Positions 22,654-34,542 of a DNA stretch of 64,000 bases are shown piece by piece. A model generated the notes under the pieces. The model searched no databases. It worked only from the letters and a program-made list of their open reading frames with translations, and was not told the origin of the DNA. The number at the start of each line of letters is the position of its first letter. Position 1 is the first letter of the stretch. Location of the stretch: contig LSRY02000028.1 of assembly GCA_001643675.2 (NCBI GenBank), positions 310,001-374,000 of the forward strand, given 5' to 3'. The position numbers and the translations under genes are program-made. This DNA is from Monocercomonoides exilis PA203 (Eukaryota; Protista; Preaxostyla).

Positions 22654-25600
22654 CTAAGCTTGAGAGAAAAGAACTCCAAGGTTAACTTTACCAAATGTGC
22701 AGTGCGAAATGGCTTCATTTATCAGAGAAAGAACATCTTCAAGTTGGTCTTTGTCGTGATTCACATGAGGAACTAAATAAACAGCATGGGAATAAAAAAT
22801 GTTAAGTTATTATTTTTAAAATCAAAGAATAAATTTCAAAAATTGATGATGAATGAGCAAACCTAAATGTCCATAGCTTGGATGTTTATAAGGTGTAGGC
22901 GTCAACACTTCTCTGAGATACAACAGTTGAATGTAGTGTGCTTCTGCATCATGCAATTGCTTGATTTGTCCCCTGCATGATTTGTCAATGCATGTATTCG
23001 AACGAAGATTGAGAGCACCCTGGGCAGCAGTGCAAAGAGGATCATCACAGACAATCGGAGAATTAAAGTGCTGTGCGGCAATTCGACGAAGGAACAGCTG
23101 AGCTGCCATTCGCAACTGCGGCATCTCCACCTCGCCCTCTCCGCAGTGTGGGCATCTCAGGCTGAACTCCTTCTGCTGCGCCTCTTCCGCAGACGATGCA
23201 AGCGGCGGGAGTGAAATGATGTCTTTGCACAGCATGCACCGCATCGTCAGAGGCACACAGCTGCGAAAGCGTGTCTCCATTCCGAGCAAGTCCGTAGAAA
23301 CGAATTGACTTCTCCATCCAGTTGCATGTTGAGTCTCACGATATTTTGTCGTGTCCATCCCGAGGCATTCTGCTATCCTCACACCGTCCATCCCATCAAC
23401 ACACTCTGTCAGACGAAGAATGGCTGGGTGGATCTGCTGGGCAAAGTACCAGTCAAGATCTGGCTCGTATTTGTGCTTCAAGCCTGACTGCTCTGAAGAA
23501 GAAGAAGGATCAACTTCATATTCTTCTCCTTCGATGTCCATCTGCTGCTGCAGTTTGAATGCTTCTGCTCCTGTTTGTGCAACAAGACTCGGATGATGTG
23601 CCTAAATGAACAGGAAAAAAAAAAAAAAAACAAATATATTTTTAATAAAGATAAGAATCAGCAATAACATACTCTCTGAGCCCAGTTTTCTGGGCCTTTG
23701 CAGATGATGTATGGAATGGCATCGCCTGGCCGAACTGTCTTTTTCAAGCGCTGCAACTCTAACGCAACAACAACGTGTGGCTGCCCTTTTGGATCAGGAT
23801 ATTCCTCAGGCCGTTTGAAGATGCTTTTGGTGATTTCGAATTCTTTGATGTTCCACTCGCCTGTTCGCAATCGATTGGACAGTCTTCGCAAATAGTCGTC
23901 AATCTTCCCACAAACAGAGTCTGCCATCTGCTCCGCCAGCTGCATTTCACTTATTTCCTCCTCCTCCTCTCCTCCTTCACCCTTTTCGCCTTCTTTTTCG
24001 TCTCTTGTATCTAACATCATTGAAGCTGGTCGTGTGCTGTTTATTCTGTGCGACTGCTGCTTGTCTCTTTGTTCGTGTCTGCTTGTTCCGTTGTCTCCCA
24101 ACAGAATCCGAAGCACCTCTTTCTCTGCCTCACGGGTTATGGGACACCAATCACGACGCACAATTTCCAGACCTCTGTACTCCATCTCAAACCTGGCAGT
24201 CTCCGGATTTGTGATGGTCGTTTCAAGATCAGTGACTAGCTTCATTGCAGCATACTTCTTCTTTCGCAGCAGAAGCATTGCACTGAAAATGCCATCGATG
24301 TCGATGTGCAGAAAGTGCCTGTTTTTGTTGACGAGTGCAGACAGCCTGTTTCCAATCTCAATCACCTGCTTCACAGATGTGCTGTGTGTGTCTATCATCA
24401 GTGAATCTGTATCACCATAGATGACATGGTATCGCTCATTCGTCACTGTCTTCACAGCCTCCTGCAGCAGCAGACGACCGTTCCACGTGATCGTCTGCGC
24501 CAGACGCTTTGCGTAGAACCGCCCACTCTCAAACCCAAGGCACCCGTACATGCTGTTTGCCACAAGCTTGAAGGCCAGCTGCATTGTATCCAGCGATGCA
24601 ATCTCTGCCTTCTTCTGCAGGGCGATTTCTCTGCTGTGCTTCAGCAGCGCCATCTGCTTCCGCACTTTCTTTCTTTCTTCAATCAGATCTGCCACAATCT
24701 TCGGCAGCACCCCTTCGACTGGCCGGATGGTGATGCTCGACATGTCCTCTTCAGAGTATTGTCCACGTGGCAGTGTTGTGTGGCAGAGGTTCTTTTCTCG
24801 AATGATCGACGGATAAAGAGAGTTGAAATCGAGCACCAGAATGTAGTTGTTGTAAAAGCCTCTCTCTGCATCAAGCACAAACCCTCCTTTGTATGCTGCC
24901 TTCTTTCGTCTCGCTCTTTTGGATTCTTGTGGCTGTGCCTGCTTCTTCGCTTCTGGCTGATTTGAAAGTGTCATCTTCCTCGTCGCATCTTCCAATGTGA
25001 GCATTCCATCGCCTCCTGTTCCATCTTCTATTTCGTCTTCGTCTCGATCGCCTATCTCATCCGCATCTGCAACATCAATTTCTTCTGCCTCTTCTTCGTT
25101 TGCTCCATTTCCTCGCGGCTTCTTCTGTGTAACAACTTTACGTGCCTTTGACAACTTAGATAAAATACTTTTTCCTTTGACATTCTTCCCTCTTTCATCC
25201 ATTTCGTCCGCTTCTTCTCCTTTTTGCTCATCTCCTTCATGTCCACGTACCCCTTCTGTCTGTTCAGACCCTGTATTTGCTGTTCTTCTTGTGTTCTTGT
25301 CTGGAAGGATGATTGTTCTATCAGCAGCGAATCTGTGCAGAAGCAGATTTTCCACACGTTCAGCTCTTCCTCCGATGAGGACACGTGCCCAGAGCGTGCC
25401 TGTAATGTTTGCCAGCTGCTTTGTGAGTGAAACAACATTCAGAGCAAGCATCATTTCAAAGCTAATCTGAGAGAGGCGCTCGGTGTGCTTAATCATCCGC
25501 ATGACATCCATCGATGACAGACAGCTTGCTTTCACCAGCGACCCTTCGTACTCTTCCACATTCTTCGACAGAACTGTCTCGGAAAGTGTTGGAAGAGAAT

Positions 25601-27927
25601 AGTTCCGTTCTCTGCGGAATTCCTTCGCAGAAATCGCGACGTCGCACAGAAGTCGCCCAGCTGTTGCAAATTGCACAGCAAAATCGATGTTCCCACCAAC
25701 AAATGGGAATTTCGCTCTCTTCAACCGCCCAAATTTCTTCATCGTCTCTTCAATCAGCTTCTCGTTCTGCATTCCGAGTGAGCCTGTCCTCGTGTTTGCT
25801 GCCCTTCTTGCAGCACTCCTTTGATGATCCAGTCGCTGGATAAACACACCGAGGATGTCGTGGATAAGGTTGAAGCCAACCAGAACATCTGGATCATGCT
25901 GACTGATCAGCACAGCCAGATGCGACAGAAGTGCTGTCTCGTTTGGCTCAACATACAATTTGTAGTCTTCGAGATGCGAATCAGACACACCCACAGCCAC
26001 GCCTGCTGCTTTGTATCTGGTTTGATTGCGCTCATTCTGTTCTTTGGCGCTTCTGCTGGCCACTTGCGCGATGTCGTGTGGAAGTGGTGTGTTGTCTTCA
26101 CCAACAGGGCAGATGAGTGAGAAAAGAGGATACAAATGCTGCGGAGGAGGCTCCAGCAGCTCATTCGCATCCAATCCAGCAACACCCTTTCCGAGTGACA
26201 CAGACGACTGGTCGGTGTGGCCATCAGGCACAACTTGGTCATTTACGTGTGCACTCACTACAACAACCTCCTGCTGCTTAGTGGCGCTGTTGATGGATGT
26301 CTGCACAGACAGCGTCAGTGCTCTCAAAAGAGGCGGAGGAGGAATGTTCTCCTTCAACACTTCGATGAAGGCAGGATTGGACACACGATATTGGTGCGAG
26401 CAGTATGTGTTCAGCAAGTGTGCTTCCCTGATTTTTGGCCCAATGTTGGCGACTGTCAACCAGCAAGGTCCCATAATCTGCTGTGCAACCAGAAAGATTT
26501 CAGTCAACTTTCTCTCTGTTCCAAATATGTATGAATAAGTGTTTCCGCTTTTCGGCATCTTCTCGATGTCTGAGTGTGCTGGCACATTCAGTCTGAGATA
26601 GCGCCCTTCCTCTGGTGCCTCGTCAACACCATCGAATGGGAAGCGCCGTTGCACCCAGCGCAGTACCGACTCCTTCGCCAGGCTGCCCAATCGACTTCGA
26701 ATCTCTGCCTCGACTGCTGCCTCCTCAACAGGCTCGTCCTCTCCCGTCTCCATCGACAGTGCAGTTTGACGTGGAAGTACATACAGCTCTCTTCTGATCC
26801 CTTCAACACGAATGCTGCCTGAGACTGTTCGCTGAGTGAGCGGATCAACAACCTTCCCAAACAGAAACAGAAGCCCTTCTCTGCCTCGGACTTCTTGTGC
26901 ATCCAAAAGATAGAACAGAGTCTTGTTCTCTTTTGCTCCTCTTTCGAGCACTGCATGCGCAGAAGACGCTGAAAACGATGCAGCTTGCTGCGGTTTTGGG
27001 TTGAATATGTCTTCCTCTTCGTCTTCATCCATCATGTTTGATCCAGGCTCCATCATCGTCTCTGCATTATCGTCAGTTGCACCACCTTGTGATGAAGTCA
27101 AAGGCATTGACGAAGACAATGAAGATTCTGATTTCACCATTGGAAGTTTTGTTTGGGTTGTGATTGTGATTCGTTTTGCAGGTGCAGCTGGTTGAATGAC
27201 AGGAAGAACTTGAGCTGGCTCATCTGAATCAAAATGTTAGTCGTGCACAATTCACAACACCACAAGCAAAAATGATCAAACCTTCAAGTGACATGGACTG
27301 TGCTAATGGATCTACTTCTTGATCCCCGGTTTTTCCTTCAATTCTGAAAGTGAAAATGATTACGTAACAAAATTATTAAACAAAATTCAAACCCTTGCTT
27401 CAATGTCGATGATATCTGGTCAGCAAACGCATCAAGATCCACATTGGATATTGATTTGCCTCCTTCTGAAACGGGTCCTGTTTGTTGAAATTGCATTTGA
27501 AACAAGTTTGATTGTAACAAAATATTTTTTATGAAAATATTTCCAAAGCAAACTGAGAAAATGAAGTGGAACAGCTGAAGGAGGTAATTCCTTCTTTGTT
27601 TCAGCTCTTCTACGCGGTACTATCCCATCTAAAGGATTTCCATCTTCATCAACGCCCGATCCAATTCGAACAGGCCTTTCTGTATCGATCAATAAGAATT
27701 TACACTTTGTTCAATTATATAAAAACAAAAATAATACCTTTCATTTCTTCTTCATATTCTTTTCTTAAAAAGTATTTTTCTTCCGCAGATAGCTCATAAT
27801 AACTAATTTCATCTTCTTCTTCTTCAATCTGATCCAGAGGACGAAGACGCCCTTGAATTGTGTCCAACAATTCAGAAAGTGCTTCGTCTGTTTCTGACGT
27901 TTGCTGACGACGCCTTAGAGACGCCAT
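22654..27927 (-). CDS. POLA1: DNA polymerase alpha catalytic subunit (multi-exon)
   Basis: B-family motifs LVLDFNSLYPSIIRE, KLVANSMYGCLG, YGDTDS, KKKYAA and GLEIVRRDWC, plus GGRAERVENLLLH. C-terminal CysA/CysB clusters (CMLC..CPHC; CDDPLC..CIDKSC). The final exon ends VNLGVLFSQA-TAG. Confidence 0.95.
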
Positions 27928-28283
27928 GGACACACAAATTTGAACAGAAAATAAATCTTAATGGTCAATGATCAAATAAGTTTCAAAAAGAAAAATTCAT
28001 CGAACATATGATTTTTGTGAATAAAAATATTTGTTGAATTTTTGTGAAACCGAGAAACAATTATAATTACAATTTCGTTCTTTTCAATCAAAGTTTTTTT
28101 TTTCAGTTTCAAAAAGTCAATGATCCTCTTTTTTTTAAATAGAATTTGAATCAATCAACATGAACGCATTTTTGGATGACTATTTCAATGATTTCCGAAT
28201 CTGTCAATGAAAGATAAAAATAATAAATTTTTGATCTGAAAATCTTATTTAAGGTCTTTGAAACACAAGCTAAATTTCCAGAA

Positions 28284-28998
28284 ATGAGCAAGAAAGCACC
28301 CAAGCAGGAAGTTCAAGTATTTGGACGCAAGGTATGCATTATAATTTTTATTTTTTGCGTATCTTGCAATAATTTCATATCGTTTTTTGTATTGTTCATG
28401 AAATGTTTCTTTGGTGAACTTTTTCCTCTATTTATTTAATTGCTCAAAACTTTGCTGCATTTATATTTAACATTTCAATAATAAACAAATAACTGAAACT
28501 TATTCGTGGTTGACGTTCTTCTTATAGAAAACCGCTGTTGCTGTTGCCCGCATCACAAAAGGCAGAGGATTTGTGAAGCTCAACGGATGTCCAATTGAGT
28601 TGGTTGAACCACAAATTCTTCGCTACAAAGTTTTCGAACCATTGCTCCTTGTTGGTCGCAAGAAGTTCTGCAGGATCAACATCCGCTTGCGCTGCAATGG
28701 AGGAGGATATGTTTCACAAGTTTATGCCATTCGTCAGGCAATTGCAAAGGGACTTGTTGCATACTATCAGAAATGCATGTGCTTTAATTTATTAATCATG
28801 ATTTTAATTGAAATACATTATTTTGAAATTTACAAACAAAAAATTTTTTTAGATGTCGATGAAGTTAACAAAAAACAAATCAAGGATACTTTCTTGAAAT
28901 ACGATCGTTCACTTCTTGTTGCTGATTCACGTCGCTGCGAAGCTAAACAATACGGTGGAAAAGGTGCACGTTCAAAGAGAGCAAAGTCTTATCGTTAA
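28284..28998 (+). CDS. RPS16: 40S ribosomal protein S16 (uS9); introns 28332-28527 and 28775-28852
   Basis: VQVFGRK|KTAVAVA...[25 protein letters not shown]|YVDE...[32 protein letters not shown]. Confidence 0.97.
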
Positions 28999-29423
28999 TC
29001 ATATTATTTGTTTGGTGTGTTTTGGAAGTGAGCTGTATGAACTTCAATATTTTCAAAACACTTCATGAAGATAAGTTATGAAATTGTTTTCGCATGCTTT
29101 CTTGCTTGGTTCATCTCAACTCCAACACGCAATGAATTAAAAAATATTTTATTGAAAATTTGTGATGAATATAAAAATTGAACTTGATTTGTCTGTTAGA
29201 TTTAAACGATTCGATAATGATGCAATATCATTCAAAATTTGAAGAAACAAAATGAAAAGAAAATCATTGAACATAAATGAAAATTATGCACGGTTTTGAT
29301 CTAATTTTTATATCCATAAAGTTTTCCGATGGGTGTGCAGTCTATCAGCATTTGCATATTATTGTATTTTTATATGTTCAATTGTTATTTGTTTTCTATA
29401 CATTTAAATAAAAAGAAAAATCT

Positions 29424-30413
29424 TTGAAGCAAATTGATTCGATAATTGAAAAATTGGAAGCAGAAACAGGTGCAGAACCAATAAAGGTTGATCCTTCTGA
29501 TCCTTGGTTTGCAGACAATCTTGTGAAGAGTAAAAATGTATATAAAGTGAAATGCAATGCATGTGGATATTACTACACGATTCCTTTTGAAACAGAATGT
29601 CCAATATGTAAATTTAAGCCAGGTAAAAAGCATCCACCATATTTTTATTTAGATCTTGAGGGAATACAAAAAAGGGCAACTCCAGTGAATAGTAAAAAAG
29701 AAGAAAAGCCCGAGTCGAGCACTCGTCCCCCACAAGAAAAGAAAGAAAAACAACCTCAACAGCAAAAGGAGAAAAAGCAAAAACAACCAAAAGCTCAGCC
29801 TGCACCTGTTAACCCAGAAGTTGTTCAGAACGAAGCATTTTCATTGTGCAACTTCCGAATTGCTCGTCTGACAAATAGTCATAAGCATCCCGATGCTGAC
29901 AAATTGATAATTGCTGATGCAGACATTGGAGATGGACAAATTCTTACACTTGTAACAGGATTGATTCCACATTATCAGCCACCTGAATTGGAAAATCGTC
30001 TTGTTTGTGTTATTTGCAACCTGAAGCCAAAGAAGATGGTCGGAGTTGAAGGACATGTAATGCTCCTTGCCGCAACAGACACTCCAACAGGTAGATGCCA
30101 GATACTGCAACCTCCACCAAACTCCCAACCAGGAGATCGTATTTTCCCAGAGGACTTTCCGCTGTTGAAAAATAGAGAAGCACTTCCAGCACCAGAAGCA
30201 GAAAGCGACGACGATAAAGAAAAACGACTTCTCCAACTTTATGCAGGAGGAACAGGTGTTGAATCAGCCGAGGTGCCAAAGAGACAATTCGAAAGAGTTG
30301 TTGCTGGTTTCAAGATTTTGGGAGAAAAGCCACTGTTTTACGGAAAGCCACTTACGACGGCCCGTGGATACATAACAGCAATTGGAGTTGCAGATAATTC
30401 TGAATTCCATTAA
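29424..30413 (+). CDS. Arc1p/AIMP1(EMAPII)-like tRNA-binding OB-fold protein with an N-terminal CxxC...CPxC motif (true start probably in an upstream exon)
   Basis: FRIARLTNSHKHPDADKL...IGDGQILTLVTGLIPHY...VCVICNLKPKKMVGVEGHVMLLAA...PPPNSQPGDRIF. Confidence 0.85.
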   Translation: MKQIDSIIEKLEAETGAEPIKVDPSDPWFADNLVKSKNVYKVKCNACGYYYTIPFETECPICKFKPGKKHPPYFYLDLEGIQKRATPVNSKKEEKPESSTRPPQEKKEKQPQQQKEKKQKQPKAQPAPVNPEVVQNEAFSLCNFRIARLTNSHKHPDADKLIIADADIGDGQILTLVTGLIPHYQPPELENRLVCVICNLKPKKMVGVEGHVMLLAATDTPTGRCQILQPPPNSQPGDRIFPEDFPLLKNREALPAPEAESDDDKEKRLLQLYAGGTGVESAEVPKRQFERVVAGFKILGEKPLFYGKPLTTARGYITAIGVADNSEFH

Positions 30414-30578
30414 ATTTTTAATTTTTTATTGAAGAGACTTTTTTTGAAATAACAATATTTATGCTAAAATTTCTTCTATTTTTTAATGATTTTTGCAGCA
30501 AATTGCATTGAGCTTTATCCTTCACACAAAAATAAAAAAATTCACCAAAAAAATAATTTGATCGAACCCACGAGTAAA

Positions 30579-33500
30579 ATGAAAACAAATAAAGAAATTT
30601 CTTTGTCGGATGAGTTCGAAAAGGTAAAGGCCATATGGTTTGTGCATCATGTGACTTGCTTTTATTGAAGCCGTTTTTAACTGCATTTACGATTTTAAGC
30701 GAGAATATTGAAAAATTGACAAATTCAGAAAAACTTGCTGATAAAATTCAGTCGGTGAACTTATTGATGCAACTATATCAAAAAAGTATTGCGGACGAAA
30801 ATAGTAATACTTGTGTTGAATTGACAAATTTATTAAAAAATCAACTCTCGGTTCTTGGTCCAAAAGTGAAAAAAGCAATTGAAAAGTTTGAATTTCTTCA
30901 ATTGGAAATTTTATTTCTTAAAAATTATCGTGATAGTGAATTTCGAATGATTTTAAAGAAATGTGGATATCCAAACAGAGCAATCACACAATCTGTCCAA
31001 CCTATTGACCGTGAATCAATTTCAATTCAGCTGTCTTCTCAAAATTCGCAAAATACTGCTTCTTCAGATGAAAATACTGATAAAAATAGTTCACTTCATT
31101 CCACTTTAGATACACATTCTGAAATAAAATCACCTGCAAATGCTCAAAATTCAAATACGTCTACCGAAAACTCATTTGCTTCTCAAACTTCAGATTCATC
31201 AGATAAAAGCAGTGACAATCAAGCACAAAGTTCAAGCTCGGATTCGTCTTCAGCATCTGAATTGATTTCAAAAAGTCAAGAGCCAAAAATAGAAAGAGCA
31301 AATCTTATGCTAAACAGCATTAGAGTTTTATCGCTTCTGCTGTTAGAGCTGCAGATGCTTATCAATCAAAATTCTTCACCCAAGCAAGGGTCAGAAAGAA
31401 AAGATTCAGAAAAAAGCAGCGAAGTCGAGTTTTCTCCGCTATCTGCACCATTTCTGACTGAAGATGTGCCACTTCCTGTAGCTTTGCTCTGTGAACCGAT
31501 GATTGACCGTCTTGTATTCCACTTTTTCAGCGAGGAAGAGAAAAACCAGCTGACGTTGTTCCACAGCAAGAAGTCTGAGGAAGCATCTACTACGCAGACC
31601 GACTCTGAGGAAAAAGAGGAGGCGCTAGCATTCACTTCGCAGAGAGACAAGCCAGAGCTGATTCTGACGTATGCCGCCAACATGCTGAAGAAGCACCGCT
31701 CCTTCTTTGTGGGAGAGGTGACAGAGATTCTGCGGGAAGACAAGGAAAAGAGAGGGAAAAGAAGCAATCCAAAGGAAGGGCATGTTGGACCGTTTGATAA
31801 TAATGTGGATGCTTGGGTTTGTGGAATATGATTGTTGAATATTTGCTTTTATCATATGCTTCTTTTTTGATTTGATGGATGGCTGATTCATTTTTTATTT
31901 GTTGTTGTTATTAAAATTTCACAGACGATGTGCGTGCATTTTGTGATTAAGCCCATTTGCTTCAAATTAAAAGAGGATCTTGCATCGATCTTATTCCATT
32001 CACGTCTTGATTATCGACTCACAAAGCATTCTTCTCTTTCTGCCTCTTCCTCTTCCTCCTCTTCTTCTTCTACTTCCCCCATTCAAAAGACCCTTCCTCC
32101 TCCTGCTTATTCAAAAGAATCTGTCAAAGCTGATCTTTTTGATTCCAATGTGAAGCTGGAGTCAGTCATCGATGCCTCGCTTTATGTTCATTCATTCACT
32201 TCGCTTCCAAACGATGACTCCTTCGAGCCTTCTTCCTCTTCCTCTTCCTCTTCCTCAAAATCCTCTTCGTCCAATTCTTCCCCATCGATCTCAGTGAGCG
32301 AGGCTGCATCTGTCCTCCAGCACACATTCAACGAGATGATCCAGTTTGAGAAGCAGCTGCACGAACTCCTCCACATCCAATCTGATTCCATCGCTCCTTC
32401 ATATCTTTCGTCTTCTGAGGCATCTTCTGCACAATCAGAATCACAAACAGAATCACAAGCAGATTCAGACTCAAATTCATTGAATGACATATCTGTGCTC
32501 CGCATTCTCTCTTCCTCTGCCCCGCTGTTCTCGCTGTGGGTGCGGATGGAGAAGCAGGCGCTGTTCGACCGCGAAGAAGAGATCTTCGGCGACATTCAGA
32601 TGTTCAGCCCAGCCTTCGACTTCTCCCTTGACCCGTATCACGTGCCGCGCTTTGCGTACTTCTTCCACCTCCTCCTCGTCGGCTGCATCGACCACATCCG
32701 AATCCTGCCTTCGTCTGCTGCGATGGGCGTGTACTATGCCTCTGTGATCGGCCCCGTCTGCAAGCGCGTCGGGAAGCGGATGGAGATGCTGCTGAAAGAG
32801 ATGCGTGCCAGCGACCCGTCCTTCGCGCGGCTGTCGCCAGAGACCCCGCTGAGCCGGCTGGCTGTGCTGGGTGCTGTCCCGCAGGCGGCTGGGTACCCCT
32901 CCGCACACACGACGCAGACTGCACTCCACGACACAGCCTCGCTCCTCTCTGAACCTGTCCTGAAGAAGCTCCATTCCTCGGCTTCTGCAGCTTTTGCAGA
33001 GGAATCGTCATCGTCATCGTCTTCTTCTTCTTTGTTGTCTTCGAATGATCTGTCGCAGCTGAATATGAGGCTGCTGCCTTCTTTTCAGGCATCGAAGCCA
33101 CTTCTTGCTTCCACTCCTCATTCGTTCGACAATCCACTCAACATTTCACGAAACAATGTGCTTCTTGTTAATGCTTTGGAATTGATCATAACTCTTCTGA
33201 AAAAGGAGGATTCTGAACCAGTTTGTGATTTTATTAGTATTTTTTTGTTTTTTTTGTTTGAATTTTTGGCTTTGTTATTTGTATTGAATCGAATTTTCTT
33301 TCATGTTTTTTTTCAACATTTTCCTAAAAATAATACCAAAAGATTCTTATTGGACTAAACGAATTCCTCAAAGTGCACCCGTCATTCACACCATCTGCCC
33401 CATCTCACAAGCCAACAGCGTCTCTTCTGTATGCGTCCGAGCTCTCGCTAACACCTTCATCGACACACAGCACTCAGAACACAGGCGAAGCAGAAGGGAT

Positions 33501-34371
33501 CTTCAGCAACGAAGAAGTTCTGTTTGAGCGGCTGAAGAAGACGGCGGTGAATACGCTGGCTGATATCGTCCTCAGTGGATTTGACAAGGCGTCGGAGCCT
33601 TACAGAAAACAGAAGTTTGGAAATTATATTCGTTGAATCTTATTTGGAAATTACGTTTTTTCTTTTCTTTTTCTATTTTTGTTTCTTTCTCTCTTTCTCT
33701 TCCTCCTTTCGTTTTTTTTATTTTCCTTTTTATTTGTTGAATTATTGCAGTGCTATATTCACAGGAGCCGATTTGCCTGAGTCAGATTTTGATGATGTCA
33801 CACCAGAAGTATTAACTTTCTAATCATTCACATAAAAATTCATTTTTTTTCCCCTCTATTTTCATTTTTATCATCTTTCATTTTCAAAGTTTGCTATTCC
33901 TTTGGTTTCTCTGCAGCGAACAATTAGAGTCATCATTCAATTTTTATCTCCATCACTTATCACCACATTCTGGACATCGCTCGCAAAGAAGATCGATTCT
34001 TTCAGTTTGCCTCAGTTAAAACTCCCACTTTTCATTGTATTTTGGTGATTTTTGGTGATATATTTCTCCAATGTTATTATTTCGTAGTGGTTTCCTTCAT
34101 CACAACTCAACAAAACTTGGAAATGTCTTCCACAGGCATCAGACAGTTCATATCTGACTGCGAATATTTGGCCGATGCTTTCGATGAATTCTCATCCAAT
34201 CCTGTAAATTTCTTCCCCCAGTTTGTATAATTCGAATCATTCTGCCTTTTGTATTTTTAACAATACGTTTTTTTATTTTTTAGACTAAGGTCCTTGTTGA
34301 ATCGTCTTGTTGCAGATCCAAAATCTCTTGAAACAATTAGAAGCGAAGCAAAGCCTCAACACGAAACATAA
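30579..34371 (+). CDS. RINT1: RINT1/Tip20 family subunit of the Dsl1/NRZ tethering complex (multi-exon)
   Basis: PMIDRLVFHFF...TSQRDKPELILTY, LQHTFNEMIQFEKQL, LWVRMEK and SSTGIRQFISDCEYL resemble RINT1_TIP1 motifs and occur in the expected order. Confidence 0.7.
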
Positions 34372-34542
34372 ATTTTAGTAATCTTCTTCTTATCTGTTAT
34401 CTTTTCTATTTTATTGTGTAAATGTTGTGATTTTTTTAAATTTATTTGATGTTTGTTATAGTTTTGTTGTCTAATTGTTTTTTCAATAAAAAAGAATGGG
34501 CATTTTTCAAATTATTTATCATTTTCTTCTGGTTGTTTCCAG

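Noticed and set aside
29162-29240. GTGATGA C-box-like motif downstream of RPS16 (possible snoRNA)
   Set aside because: No CTGA D box or terminal stem at a suitable distance.
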